From Clostridiales bacterium (GTDB lineage: Bacteria; Bacillota; Clostridia; Saccharofermentanales; Saccharofermentanaceae): 49,152 nucleotides of DNA. The notes under the pieces are model-generated. The model had not been told where the DNA came from, ran no database searches, and saw nothing but the letters and a program-made list of their open reading frames with translations. Position numbers and translations under genes: made by a program. The stretch is taken from positions 1-49,152 of the forward strand of contig JAFWDK010000035.1 of NCBI GenBank assembly GCA_017513085.1. The letters are read 5' to 3'. Positions 37,630-48,576 of the stretch are shown here, piece by piece. Numbering within the stretch: position 1 is the stretch's first letter; each line of letters opens with the position of its first letter.

Positions 37630-38388
37630 ATGAAATATCTGCTTTGGGCACTTTACGGGATACTTGGATTGATCGGCGCCATCGTTGCCGGCGTCATCCT
37701 CTACTTCCTGTTCGTCTTCGTCTGTTCTTTTTTCATCGATACGAAGAAAGAATACAATCAGGACTCGAAGTTTTACCGTTTCCTTCTGACCTCCACCACC
37801 GGCATCGGCATGAAGATCATGCGCATCCGCTACGACCTTGTGGATCTCGACAAGATCCCGGAAGGCAAGCAGATGCTCTTTATCTGCAACCACCGCTCCA
37901 ATTTCGATCCGCTCATTTCGTGGCACATCCTGCGCAAGCATTATCCGTCTTTCATTTCCAAAGAATCGAATTTTAAGATCCCCTTCTACGGCCGTATGAT
38001 CCGTCGCTGCTGCTTCATGTCCATCGACCGTGAGAATCCGAGAAAAGCAATGGCCACGATCGATCGTGCTTCGAAGCTGCTTCAGGCAGATGAAGTGTCC
38101 ATCGCCGTCTATCCGGAAGGAACACGCAGCAAGTCCTGCGAACTCCTGCCTTTCCATAACGGCGTGCTAAAGATCGCTCAGAAAGCAAATGTTCCGGTCG
38201 TTGTCCTTACGATCCAGGGTTCCGAAAGCGTTGCGAAGCGCTACCCTTGGCGAAGCACAAAAGTCAGACTGAAATACGTCGGCATGTTTGATGCGGAACG
38301 TGTCAAGCTCAGCAAGACTTCCATCATCGCGGACGAAGCCCGCGACATGATGATCCGGGATCTTCAGAACGATCCGTTGAAACAGTGA
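37630..38388 (+). CDS. plsC: 1-acyl-sn-glycerol-3-phosphate acyltransferase (PlsC family)
   Basis: NHRSNFD, IDREN, YPEGTRS. Confidence 0.9.
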   Translation: MKYLLWALYGILGLIGAIVAGVILYFLFVFVCSFFIDTKKEYNQDSKFYRFLLTSTTGIGMKIMRIRYDLVDLDKIPEGKQMLFICNHRSNFDPLISWHILRKHYPSFISKESNFKIPFYGRMIRRCCFMSIDRENPRKAMATIDRASKLLQADEVSIAVYPEGTRSKSCELLPFHNGVLKIAQKANVPVVVLTIQGSESVAKRYPWRSTKVRLKYVGMFDAERVKLSKTSIIADEARDMMIRDLQNDPLKQ

Positions 38389-38395
38389 TCCTCTC

Positions 38396-39133
38396 ATGAT
38401 CTACTACGAGCATTTTTGTCCTGAACATATCGGTATACTGCTGGTGATCACCACGTGCATCACCCTCACGCTTCTTGTCAGCCGTAAACTGAACGACAAG
38501 CAGTCGGGCAGGCTCTTCATGGTCCTCTCCGTCACGCTCTTCTGCGCCGAAGCGATTCAGGATATTCTTGCTTATCACGAAGGTTTTCCGATCACTTCGT
38601 TTCTCCCGATCCACCTGTGCAACCTCGGCATTTTCGTGAACCTGCTCGCCTCTTTCACGAAAGGGAAAGTCAGCGGCTTCTTCTCGGAAGTCTCTCTTGT
38701 GCTCATCATGCCGGGCGCCATCGGCGCGATCCTTTTTCCGGACTGGAATTACCGTCCGTTCTGGGACTGGCTCAACCTCACGATCTTCTTTACCCATCTG
38801 CTTCTGACCCTGATCCCGCTTCTGTTCCTGGTAAAAGGACGCACACACGTCAAGATCAGCCACTTCTGGTACAGCCTACTGTTCATGCTCGTGGTCGTTC
38901 CGCCGATCTACGCTTACGATATGAAATTTGAGGACAACTACATGTTCCTCCGCCGGCCCGTCTCCGGCTCCCCGCTCGAGTGGGTCTATAATCTTTCCGA
39001 CGGCAAACACTACATCCTCGGCCTCTTCTTCCTGCTGGTCGGCGTTCTCGCTTTCGAATATGCCCTGATCATCGGACTAAGATTTTTGGTCAAGAAAATC
39101 CGTCAACGCCATCAAGAGAATAAGACCGCTTAA
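38396..39133 (+). CDS. YwaF/TMEM164-like integral membrane protein
   Basis: LPIHLCN, AILFPD, FFTH, NYMFL..P motifs; multi-TM. Confidence 0.75.
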   Translation: MIYYEHFCPEHIGILLVITTCITLTLLVSRKLNDKQSGRLFMVLSVTLFCAEAIQDILAYHEGFPITSFLPIHLCNLGIFVNLLASFTKGKVSGFFSEVSLVLIMPGAIGAILFPDWNYRPFWDWLNLTIFFTHLLLTLIPLLFLVKGRTHVKISHFWYSLLFMLVVVPPIYAYDMKFEDNYMFLRRPVSGSPLEWVYNLSDGKHYILGLFFLLVGVLAFEYALIIGLRFLVKKIRQRHQENKTA

Positions 39134-40107
39134 CTTTCGAAGCGGTCTCCCATCTTGCATTTCCTTGCCTCTTTAAAAGCACTTCCGTCGCGCTTTCGGA
39201 TCACTGTGCTGAGGTTGCTGTCTTTGGTACAAAGTGTAAGCTCCACCTGTCCTTTCGTGATCACAGGATGACGTAAAACACGCGCTTTGGCCCGGGAAAC
39301 CGCCAAGGCCGGATCTTTGGAAAAAGCGATATAAGAATACTTTTCATCTTCATAAGGGACATCCGCATCTTTCAGCTGCTTGTGCAGTTTGCTCCGCGCA
39401 ACCCGGCACGAAAAATGACACCAGTCATCGGAAGAAAGCCGACAAGGCGCATCGTGCGGACAGGGTGCCAACAGATGACCTCCCCAGGCCAATACCTTCT
39501 GCCGCACCTCACGCACCACCGCAAAACCTTCCTTCGTTCCCGGCTCCACAATGACCAGAAGTTTATCCGCCGCATCCCAGAGTTTACGGAGGACCGCCTC
39601 GCGCGCCCCGCTCGAGAGCTCATTTAACACATAGGAAGTCATCACGAGATCGGAAGATCCTCCGAAATCGTCTTTCTCCAGATCAAAAGCACGCCACTCG
39701 GTTTTGGCTGACAAGGTGGCTTCTTCGCGCATCAGTGACGCGCCCACATCGCGCATGGACGCTTCGCGCTCATAGCAGACGATCTTATCCGGCGAGAAGA
39801 TCTCCTCCACCGCCCAGGATGCAGAACCCGAACCTGCGCCCACATCAAACACGGAACGGATCTGCGAAGGATCCGGTAATAACTCTTCCGTATAAGAGAG
39901 CGCGTCACAGACCGCCCCGAACGTCGCCGGCATACGCACCGCAGCATAGACCCGCGCCTCCAGATCTTCGGAAACCAGGACCTTGCCGTGCCCGCTTTCA
40001 TTCTTGTACCGCTCGGTCATCTGACGCGAAAGTTTCTTCAGCACCTCCGGCTTCTCACCGGAAAGCGAATCTTCGATCGCCGTGCGCAATTGCAAAGGAA
40101 GTTCCAT
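39130..40107 (-). CDS. Rsm22-like SAM-dependent methyltransferase
   Basis: YAAVRMPATF, DVGAGSG, SYVLNEL, VEPGT..GF, APCPH...C.....WCHF, EDEKYSY. Confidence 0.88.
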   Translation of the reverse strand: MELPLQLRTAIEDSLSGEKPEVLKKLSRQMTERYKNESGHGKVLVSEDLEARVYAAVRMPATFGAVCDALSYTEELLPDPSQIRSVFDVGAGSGSASWAVEEIFSPDKIVCYEREASMRDVGASLMREEATLSAKTEWRAFDLEKDDFGGSSDLVMTSYVLNELSSGAREAVLRKLWDAADKLLVIVEPGTKEGFAVVREVRQKVLAWGGHLLAPCPHDAPCRLSSDDWCHFSCRVARSKLHKQLKDADVPYEDEKYSYIAFSKDPALAVSRAKARVLRHPVITKGQVELTLCTKDSNLSTVIRKRDGSAFKEARKCKMGDRFES

Positions 40108-40116
40108 ATGTTATCG

Positions 40117-41718
40117 TCACTCTCTGGTAAACTGCGAGATAAACTGCCAGGCCTGCTCACCCGTGTGCTCACGGTACTCATGCACCTGCTCGCTGATGCT
40201 CGAGAGCGCCGTCCGGCACACACCATCCTCGCTGTCAAAATAGCGGATGGTCAGCGTGCTGCCCCGGCTCTCATCGAACTTCTTCTCCACACGCTCACCG
40301 GCAAGTCCGAAGATCGGATCCTCCCAGTTCTCTTTATTCTCGTAGAGCACGGCGTCGAAGTCTTTTTTCAGTTTATTGACTTTCGCCATATACTTCACGC
40401 GCTCCAGCGAATCATCCGCCTGGAACGGCAATTCCGGAAGATGCGATTTCTCTCCGCCGGAAATAAAGATCGGAACCATCACATCCATGTTGATACCATC
40501 GTCCAAAGACTTGCCGAACGGATTCTTCTTCACCGGGAAAAGCGCACTCGCCGGTGCCATGCCTGCGAAGATCTCCGGGTACTCCTGGAACATATCCCAT
40601 GTCTTGGCGCTGCCCATCGAGAATCCCGTCGCATAGATACGGGTGACATCCACGTTGTACTTCGATTTCAGATCCTCGATCACCTGCACCACTTCATCCG
40701 GCGGTACATCCTGGTGGTTTTCAAACGAGATGAAAAGGAAGTCGTGACGGTGACAGATCGACCACCAGCCGGCCACGAATGTCAGATACATGGAAGAGTC
40801 TCCGCCGCCATGGAAACCGATCACCATCGGCGCCGGACCTTTGTCGAAAATGCCTTTGTTGTAATACGCGAAATAACCGACCTCGTGCTCAGTCGTCCCC
40901 TTATACTTACCGAACTGGCGGTCCGAAGTTTTTACTACGGTACTGCCCCACTCTTCAACCATATTGAGTTCTTCGAAGTCCGGCTCGATCTCGATCTTAC
41001 CGCACCACATCTTAAACTTACGCACGAATGCCTTAAAGTCCGCCTCATACTCAGCGGTTTCCTTGATAAGAAGATGCTCGCAACCGGAAAAAGCAGCATT
41101 GATCTCCTCACTGTTGCCCACGCTCAGGATCGCAATATCTTTACGATCCACCTGTGGCACGACGGAAAGATTCTCCATCGAACACATCGCCGGCGTGATC
41201 TCTCCCGGCCCCCACAAATACTCGCCGGAGAGAGTGGTCAGAAGATTCTTCGCCACATAGTCCGCCGACTTTCCGAAACTGTAAATATCCGCACGGAAGA
41301 TCGCTCCACGGATGAAATATCCCTTGAATTCACGAGTAAAAAAATCATCGATACGCTCGTAACCATCCTCGTAATAAGGATGCATCTTGGTCTGCGAGAT
41401 CAGCTCCGCATAAAGCGACGCGTCTGCGCCCTCCCAACCATTCTTATTCGTCGGATAAACAAAAAGCACTGTGCTGTCGACAGCAGATGCGATCCGGGCG
41501 AGTCCTCTTTCCTCAGCAAAAGCAACCGCCTCTTCCATGCTCTGTTTTTCTTCTTCGAAAATAAGGAGAAGCGGTGCGCGGAATCCGAAGTTGTGCACTT
41601 CCCCATTGATCGCCGTTTTCGGCTTATATACTTTTAAAGTATAATTCTCAAATTCGTGCTCCCAGCATTTCCCACCGTTTTCGAGTACGGTGACACTCGG
41701 TTTCTCCATCATCGGCAT
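40117..41718 (-). CDS. Alpha/beta-hydrolase (PHB-depolymerase/esterase-like C-domain)
   Basis: FHGGG oxyanion motif, RIYATGFSMG nucleophile elbow, C-terminal His; start uncertain. Confidence 0.7.
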   Translation of the reverse strand: MPMMEKPSVTVLENGGKCWEHEFENYTLKVYKPKTAINGEVHNFGFRAPLLLIFEEEKQSMEEAVAFAEERGLARIASAVDSTVLFVYPTNKNGWEGADASLYAELISQTKMHPYYEDGYERIDDFFTREFKGYFIRGAIFRADIYSFGKSADYVAKNLLTTLSGEYLWGPGEITPAMCSMENLSVVPQVDRKDIAILSVGNSEEINAAFSGCEHLLIKETAEYEADFKAFVRKFKMWCGKIEIEPDFEELNMVEEWGSTVVKTSDRQFGKYKGTTEHEVGYFAYYNKGIFDKGPAPMVIGFHGGGDSSMYLTFVAGWWSICHRHDFLFISFENHQDVPPDEVVQVIEDLKSKYNVDVTRIYATGFSMGSAKTWDMFQEYPEIFAGMAPASALFPVKKNPFGKSLDDGINMDVMVPIFISGGEKSHLPELPFQADDSLERVKYMAKVNKLKKDFDAVLYENKENWEDPIFGLAGERVEKKFDESRGSTLTIRYFDSEDGVCRTALSSISEQVHEYREHTGEQAWQFISQFTRE

Positions 41719-41996
41719 GTCTGTCATCTCCTTCAGATCCTTATTCTTGTAAGGGCCCGACACAGGTTTTCCGCCCGTCATTGAGCCCACAGGATTTATT
41801 ATATCGAAAACCCCGAACGAATACAAAATGCTATTCACAAAAAATTGACATTTTCTTTACAGGACAAATATATTTATTAATTTCCGCTTTATACCGAAAA
41901 CCTAGAATGTAAATTGTGAAGTTGCATTTTCACTCACAAAAAACTTCCGAAAGATCAACGATCCGGAAGCGCTGATAAAGCAAAGGAGGTAAAGGT

Positions 41997-44900
41997 ATGG
42001 CAAGTAAAAAACGACTACGGAGCATATGCATGATGCTCTCCATGATCCTGATCGGAGTGTTCGCACTCACGGTCTTCCAGCCCGCGGGCAAAGTCGCGGC
42101 TGCAGACTCTGCGATCAAAGCTTACGGTCGGAATACATTAGATGGAAATGTGTATCAATTCCGATTGTACGAAAAGGAAAGAAAAGACCCTGAAACAGGC
42201 GAAGTTGAAAAGTATTATGCTTTTGCCGGTTTTTTCCCGAAAACAAGCGAGTCTTCCGACGGATATTCCTATCTTCCTACGACACAGCTTGGTATCCCGG
42301 TCGATTTTTATGATAATGAAAATCTGATCGGTACACCATATTTTATTGAAGCTATCGCTTCTGACTGTTGTAGAGAGTTCGAAAAGATCGGAAATAGCAC
42401 CGGTCTTGAGATCACTGCACTTTCTATTCCAAGCGGAGTAAAAACGATTGAAACGCAAGCATTCTCGGGTACAAATGTGGCAACGATCTCTCTCCCTGAC
42501 TCACTTGAAACCATTGGAAACAGTGCTTTTTCCGGTTGTAAAATGCTTACACGCGCGGACTTGAGCAGATTAGATGATCTTCAAAGCCTGGGTTCCGGCA
42601 TATTCAGCGGATGCACGATCCTTGAAGAAGCTCTGCTGCCTAATCAAGCTCCGGGCTTTACAGAGATTCCGAGCAGCATGTTCGCTAGCTGCTCCAAACT
42701 ATCTACCATCGCCATTCCGGATAGCGTAACTTCAATCGGAGCCAACGCCTTCAGCGGTAATACAGATCTGGAGAGTGTGAGTGGCGCAAACTATATCATC
42801 ACTTTTGGCACGCAGGCTTTCCAGGGATGCTCGAAGCTGGTAAATTTCGTCATTCCTTCTTCCACGTTGGAAATCAGAGACGGCTGTTTCCAGAACTGTA
42901 CCAAACTGGTAAACGTAACCATTCCAAGTGATATTGACCTTCGAATCTTAGGCAAAAACGCATTTCAATCTACTGCCATCACCTCATTTACTGTTCCTTC
43001 AAGCAGCAACCAGTTGTGGACAGTAGGTTCAAATTGTTTTAAAGATTGTAAGTCACTCGTACAAGTTACCTTTAATACATCTTCCATAAAAACACTTGAT
43101 ACTTATGCATTTAATGGATGCACCAGCCTCACCTCTCTGACCATTGACGGCACTTCTCTCGAAATCATCGGAGATAATTGCTTCAACAATTGTGTAAAAC
43201 TCCATAACATTTCCACCAGAGGCAATGAACAACTGGCTAATGTCAAGAGTTTCGGTAACGCTGCGTTCCAGGGATGCGAAGCCTTTACGGAATTCGTGAT
43301 TCCTTCGCAGATCGAAAAGATCGGCGACTCTACTTTCAGCGGCTGCAAGAATATCGAAAAAATCTATTTCAGCGATTCCGACACGCTCACACGTATCGGC
43401 AACAGTTCTTTTTATGGATGCGAAAAGATGGTCATCGCCGACAAGACGACCGATGAAGAAACCGGTCTTCTTCCGGCAACTGTTGTCAATATCGGTAACT
43501 ACGCTTTCAGAAACTGCAAAGCCATGACCAAACTGATCCTGCCTTCAGGACTTCAGGCTCAGGGCATCGGCACCGGCGCATTCCAGGGCTGTTCCTCTAT
43601 TATTAATCTTACGATCCCGGATTCGGTAACCACTTTGTATGCGGGTACATTCTCCGGTTGTACGAAACTAGAGAACGTCGTTCTTTCAGATGCATTAACA
43701 GAGATCAAAGATTCTCTCTTTACCGGATGCACCAATCTCCATAGTATCGTCATCGGAAGTCATGCGACAAGCATCGGCATGTATGCGTTCAAAGATTGTA
43801 CCAATCTTAAAAGTGTAACCATGGGCGACGCCATCGTTACGATCGGCGACCAGGCTTTCTACAATTGCAAAGCTCTTGGGAAAGACGGCACGGCATTTGA
43901 GCTCAGCAGCGCGCTCACCAACCTCGGCAACCAGGTCTTCTATAACTGTTCATCACTTTCCGGTCTGGCTATTCCAAGTGGTGTGACAGCGATCGGCAAC
44001 AGTTGCTTCGAGAACTGCACCGCACTTGACGCCGTAACTATGGGAAACAACATTATTTCCATCGGCAACAGCGCTTTTAAGAACTGCACCAAGCTCGGAT
44101 CCGGCAGTGATTTCGCACTGAGCAGCGCACTCGTCACGATCGGCACAAGTGCTTTTGAAAAGTGTGAATCCTTGACCGCTATTGCAATTCCGGACAACGT
44201 AACCGAGATTCCGCTTAGCTGTTTCAACGGTTGTAAAGCACTGACAACTCTTACTATGGGTGACAGTGTCGTTTCCATCGGCAAGCAAGCTTTCTATCAG
44301 TGCTCCAATCTCGGTCTGGACGGCGCGACCGTCGAGCTGAGCGATGGGCTTCAGTACATCGATGAGAATGCTTTCTACCAGTGCAAATCTCTTACCGAGA
44401 TCGCTTTCCCGGATTCCGTAACCGTCATTGCCAAGCAGTGCTTCTACGGATGTAGTGAACTGGTCAAGTTCACAATGGGCAGCGGCGTCACAACGATCGG
44501 TGAAAAGGCTTTCTACGAATGTAAGAAACTTGGTTCGGACGGAAACAAGATCATCCTGAGCGAATCTCTTACAGATATCGATCCGCATGCTTTCTACGGA
44601 TGCAGCAAAATCACTTCTATCGATATCCCGGATCTGGTTAAGTCCATCCCGACATACTGCTTCTATGGTTGTACTTCACTTCAGAGCATCACTCTCGGAA
44701 ATACGATCTCATCGATCGGCATAAGTGCTTTTAACGGATGTTCGGCGCTTCAGAAAATCGACATTCCGGAGAATGTGACGATCATCTCTGATTACAGCTT
44801 CAACGCGTGTACGAATCTTTCCGCCGTAACGATGGGAAACAACGTGACACATATTGGCCCGAGCGCTTTCTATAACTGCCAGAAGCTCAGCAGCATCACG

Positions 44901-47900
44901 CTTAGCGAGGCGCTTACACAGCTCGGCGCAAATGCTTTCTACAACTGCTTCGCTTTGACAAGCATCGACCTTCCTGAACCGCTTACCATCATTCCGGAAA
45001 ACTGCTTCTATGGTTGCAAAGCTCTCGACAAACTGACGATGGGCAACAACGTGACCAAGATCGGAAAGTCTGCTTTCCAGAACTGTGAGAAGCTCGGCAA
45101 GTCCGGCGTATTCAACCTCAGCGATGCAATCTTCGAGATCGGCTCCGGTGCTTTTAACTCTTGTAAAGCTCTATCTGACGTGGCTCTTCCTCCGGAACTC
45201 GATGCGATCCCTGACCAATGCTTCAACAACTGTATCGCGCTCAAGACTCTGACTATGGGTAACAAGGTTGAGTCCATCGGAGCGAATGCTTTCAACGCAT
45301 GTACAAATCTTGGCAAGAATGATTTCGAGATCCACCTGAGCGATGCGCTGACTCTCATCGGCAACAGTGCATTCTATCAGTGCTCTTCGCTTTCCGCCAT
45401 CGACATTCCGGACGGCGTGGAAGTAATTCCGGAGAACTGCTTCAATGGTTGTACTTCTATTGACCGTATGACCATGGGCAACAACGTGACCTCCATCGGA
45501 AAGATGGCGTTCTATAATTGCTCGAAGCTTGGCAAGAACTACGACATCGCACTGAGCACAGATCTTGTAACCCTCGGCGAAAGTGCTTTTAACGGATGCG
45601 CATCTCTCTCCGCAATTGACATTCCGGAAGGTGTAGCCGTTATTCCGACATCCTGTTTCAAGGGTTGTTCGCTGCTCACCGAGATGACCATGGGCAATAA
45701 CGTGACCGACATCATGAATGAAGCATTCAGCGGTTGCGCTTTCCTCGGCAAGAACTGCGTCATCTCGCTCAGCGATTCTCTCGACTTCCTCGGCCAAAGC
45801 GCTTTTAACGGATGCGCGTCTCTCGAGGCGATCGAGATCCCGAGTGGTGTTGCGACTATCCCGCAGAGCTGCTTCAAGGGTTGTACAAACCTTATCGCCG
45901 TGACAATGAGTGACAACGTCGAGATCATCGACCGTGAAGCATTCTCGGGCTGTTCCTCTCTCGGAAAAGACGGTGTGGATTTCACACTTTCTGAAGGTCT
46001 GGAAACACTTGGTGTTCAGGCATTCGCAAGTTGCACATCTTTGGAATACATCCGTCTTCCGTACTCTATCTCCACCATTCCGGCGAACTGTTTCAACAAC
46101 TGCACATCGCTTCGCACGGTAGATCTGAACGAAGTGAAGAACATCGGCGAGAGTGCTTTTAACAAGTGCACGTCTCTCACGGATCTCCACTTCCCGGATA
46201 CGATCGAGTCTCTCGGCAAGTCCTGCTTCTATCAGTGCGCATCTCTCGAACTCGTATTTGTTCCGGATTCCATCAATGTGATCCCGAGCCAGTGCTTCGG
46301 TTCATGTACTTCTCTCAAGTACGTCTTCATTCCGGATTCCGTCCGTTCGATCGAGAATGGTGCTTTCTCCGGTTGCCAGCTCCTCGCAGTCGAGCTTCCG
46401 GATGCTTTGACCACATATAAGTCTTCGGCTTTCAATTCGAATCCGAACCTTAACCGTGTCGTCACTGACATGGATAAGATCACGATCATAGAATATTGGG
46501 GAACCAACATGCAGGTCAACGTACCGGCCGTAGTCTACAACATGCCTGTTATCGCGATCGCTTCCAATGCTTACGCACAGACAAAAATCACTCAGGTACA
46601 CGTCCCGTCTTCCATAACGTCTATCGCGGCAAATGCGTTCTATCAGTGCACATCGCTTCAGACCGTACGAATCAACGAACAGACCACAGTTGCAAGCGGT
46701 GCTTTTGCAGGATGCACATCGGTATACCGCCTGAAGGACATCGACGACGAGTACACCAAGATCCTGAAATACTATGGTGAAGCTGATGTTATCCGTATCC
46801 CTGAGAGACTCGAGAACAGAAAGGTCATCGAGATCTGCGCTTCCGCTTTCGCCAACAACAAGTCCCTGACTTCTGTCTACGTTCCGAAGCAGATCACTCA
46901 GATCGGCAGCAAGGGCTTCTACAATTGCTCTAACGCCATCATCGAGTATTACGCAGCAACCGGTCTGGGCGCAAATGCATTTACCGGATGTAAGGGCGCT
47001 AACATCTACGGCGCTACTCCTACACCTCGTCCGACCAATACGCCGGTTCCGACCAACACACCTAAGCCGACTCCGACCAATACGCCGAAGCCGACTCCGA
47101 CTAAAGCTCCTGGCGTCTCTCCGACTCCTGTAGCCGATAAGACCGTCGAGGTTGGCAAGAGCTTCCAGTATACTGTTTCCGGTGTTTCCGCAAGCAGGAT
47201 CAAGTGGTCGGTAGGTAACACTTCTGTAGCGACAGTTGACTCTGCCGGACTCGTAACCGGTAAATCCGTCGGTAACACTTACCTGTATGCGGCTCTTCCG
47301 AACGGTACGACAGTCAAGTGTCTGATCCGTGTCGTCTACCCGACTCTCAAGCTGAACTACACCGAGAAGACATTGCACATCAACCAGAAGCTCCAGTTCA
47401 CAGTTTCGAACACTTCCGGTCAAAAGATCACCTGGTCGGTCGGTAACACTTCAGTGGCTACTGTAGATCAGAATGGTAATGTCACCGGCAAGAGCGCGGC
47501 CAATACTTACCTCTACGCCAAAAGCGCAGACGGTCGTGTCGCGAAGTGCCTGTTGAAGATCGTCGATCCGGGCACACTCGGCATCAACTACACCGAGAAG
47601 ACTGTCTACCTCGGACAGACCTTCACCTTCACTGCCAAGAAACCTGGCATCCTTACTCCGACCTGGTCGGTAGGCAATACTGCCATCGCCAAAGTCGACA
47701 GTAATGGTAAGGTGACACCAGTCAGCGTCGGCAATACTTACCTGTATGTGAAGACCGCTGACGGACGTTCGGCCAAGTGCCTGATCAAAGTCGTTGATCC
47801 GGGCGCCCTGAACATCACCTACACGGAGAAGACCATCAAGCTTGGTCAAACCTTCCAGTTCACCGCCAAGAATCCGGCAGGACAGACCGTGACCTGGAGA

Positions 47901-48032
47901 GTAGGTAATACAGCCGTAGCAGTTGTCGATGCCAATGGTGTCGTTACTGCCAAGAGTGTCGCCAACACGTACCTCTACGCCAGCACGCCGGACGGACGCG
48001 AAGTCCGCTGCCTGCTGAAGATCGTCGCCTGA
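41997..48032 (+). CDS. BspA-type (LRR_5) surface protein with PT linker and four C-terminal Ig-like (Big_2) domains, 2011 aa
   Basis: Signal peptide; dozens of IG..AF..C..L..I.IP..V repeats; four WSVGNT.VA.VD..G.VT..S..NTYLY units. Confidence 0.95.
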   Translation: MASKKRLRSICMMLSMILIGVFALTVFQPAGKVAAADSAIKAYGRNTLDGNVYQFRLYEKERKDPETGEVEKYYAFAGFFPKTSESSDGYSYLPTTQLGIPVDFYDNENLIGTPYFIEAIASDCCREFEKIGNSTGLEITALSIPSGVKTIETQAFSGTNVATISLPDSLETIGNSAFSGCKMLTRADLSRLDDLQSLGSGIFSGCTILEEALLPNQAPGFTEIPSSMFASCSKLSTIAIPDSVTSIGANAFSGNTDLESVSGANYIITFGTQAFQGCSKLVNFVIPSSTLEIRDGCFQNCTKLVNVTIPSDIDLRILGKNAFQSTAITSFTVPSSSNQLWTVGSNCFKDCKSLVQVTFNTSSIKTLDTYAFNGCTSLTSLTIDGTSLEIIGDNCFNNCVKLHNISTRGNEQLANVKSFGNAAFQGCEAFTEFVIPSQIEKIGDSTFSGCKNIEKIYFSDSDTLTRIGNSSFYGCEKMVIADKTTDEETGLLPATVVNIGNYAFRNCKAMTKLILPSGLQAQGIGTGAFQGCSSIINLTIPDSVTTLYAGTFSGCTKLENVVLSDALTEIKDSLFTGCTNLHSIVIGSHATSIGMYAFKDCTNLKSVTMGDAIVTIGDQAFYNCKALGKDGTAFELSSALTNLGNQVFYNCSSLSGLAIPSGVTAIGNSCFENCTALDAVTMGNNIISIGNSAFKNCTKLGSGSDFALSSALVTIGTSAFEKCESLTAIAIPDNVTEIPLSCFNGCKALTTLTMGDSVVSIGKQAFYQCSNLGLDGATVELSDGLQYIDENAFYQCKSLTEIAFPDSVTVIAKQCFYGCSELVKFTMGSGVTTIGEKAFYECKKLGSDGNKIILSESLTDIDPHAFYGCSKITSIDIPDLVKSIPTYCFYGCTSLQSITLGNTISSIGISAFNGCSALQKIDIPENVTIISDYSFNACTNLSAVTMGNNVTHIGPSAFYNCQKLSSITLSEALTQLGANAFYNCFALTSIDLPEPLTIIPENCFYGCKALDKLTMGNNVTKIGKSAFQNCEKLGKSGVFNLSDAIFEIGSGAFNSCKALSDVALPPELDAIPDQCFNNCIALKTLTMGNKVESIGANAFNACTNLGKNDFEIHLSDALTLIGNSAFYQCSSLSAIDIPDGVEVIPENCFNGCTSIDRMTMGNNVTSIGKMAFYNCSKLGKNYDIALSTDLVTLGESAFNGCASLSAIDIPEGVAVIPTSCFKGCSLLTEMTMGNNVTDIMNEAFSGCAFLGKNCVISLSDSLDFLGQSAFNGCASLEAIEIPSGVATIPQSCFKGCTNLIAVTMSDNVEIIDREAFSGCSSLGKDGVDFTLSEGLETLGVQAFASCTSLEYIRLPYSISTIPANCFNNCTSLRTVDLNEVKNIGESAFNKCTSLTDLHFPDTIESLGKSCFYQCASLELVFVPDSINVIPSQCFGSCTSLKYVFIPDSVRSIENGAFSGCQLLAVELPDALTTYKSSAFNSNPNLNRVVTDMDKITIIEYWGTNMQVNVPAVVYNMPVIAIASNAYAQTKITQVHVPSSITSIAANAFYQCTSLQTVRINEQTTVASGAFAGCTSVYRLKDIDDEYTKILKYYGEADVIRIPERLENRKVIEICASAFANNKSLTSVYVPKQITQIGSKGFYNCSNAIIEYYAATGLGANAFTGCKGANIYGATPTPRPTNTPVPTNTPKPTPTNTPKPTPTKAPGVSPTPVADKTVEVGKSFQYTVSGVSASRIKWSVGNTSVATVDSAGLVTGKSVGNTYLYAALPNGTTVKCLIRVVYPTLKLNYTEKTLHINQKLQFTVSNTSGQKITWSVGNTSVATVDQNGNVTGKSAANTYLYAKSADGRVAKCLLKIVDPGTLGINYTEKTVYLGQTFTFTAKKPGILTPTWSVGNTAIAKVDSNGKVTPVSVGNTYLYVKTADGRSAKCLIKVVDPGALNITYTEKTIKLGQTFQFTAKNPAGQTVTWRVGNTAVAVVDANGVVTAKSVANTYLYASTPDGREVRCLLKIVA

Positions 48033-48208
48033 CGCGACGCGAAGTCCGCTACATGCTGATGATCGTCGCCTGACGCGACGCGAATCCGCTGCCTGCTGAA
48101 GATCGTCGCCTGACGCGACGCGAATCCGCTGCCTGCTGAAGATCGTCGCCTGACGCGACGCGAATCCGCTGCCTGCTGAAGATCGTCGCCTGACGCGACG
48201 CGAAGTCC
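47995..48208 (+). repeat. 40-41-bp tandem repeat derived from the 3' end of the BspA gene
   Basis: GACGCGAA(G)TCCGCTGCCTGCTGAAGATCGTCGCCTGACGC at 47995, 48036, 48077, 48117, 48157 and partial at 48197. Confidence 0.95.
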
Positions 48209-48278
48209 TCCGGACGCGCTGCAAGACGTCTCCTGAAAGACGCGACGCAGCGCCCACGGGGACACGAAGCGACGCCCG

Positions 48279-48422
48279 CGGCCGGGGCAAGAAGCCAGCG
48301 GCCCGATCCCGATGAAGGACGGCGGCCGGGGCAAGGAGCCAGCGGCCCGATCCCGATAAAGGACGGCGGCCGGGGCAAGAAACCAGCGCCCGATCCCGAT
48401 GAAGGACGGCGGCCGGGGCAAG
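48279..48422. repeat. 43-44-bp GC-rich tandem repeat
   Basis: CGGCCGGGGCAAG at 48279, 48323, 48367 and 48410. Confidence 0.92.
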
Positions 48423-48499
48423 TGGTATAACAAGTAATCAAGAAGCGCAACCCAAACAAAAAGGGCTGCGCTTCGGCGTTTCCGCTTCTTCGCAACCCC

Positions 48500-48576
48500 T
48501 GGTGGGTAGTATTGGACTTGAACCAACGACCCCTTGCATGTCAAGCAAGTACTCTAACCAGCTGAGCTAACCACCC
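48500..48576 (-). tRNA. tRNA-Val(GAC)
   Basis: GGGTGGTTAGCTCAGCTGGTTAGAGTA-CTTGC-TTGACAT-GCAAG-...TTGGTTCAAGTCCAA-TACTACCCACCA; encoded CCA; upstream TTGATT-N17-TAAACT. Confidence 0.97.

Noticed and set aside
39988-41637. 549-aa plus-strand ORF (likewise 3493..4536, 6063..7064, 12741..13658, 30124..31269, 45171..46190, 46302..47423)
   Set aside because: Antisense to well-supported genes; expected from codon bias
47975-48544. ORFs 47451..48290, 47975..48544 and 48049..48495
   Set aside because: Translations of minisatellites overlapping the BspA gene and tRNA
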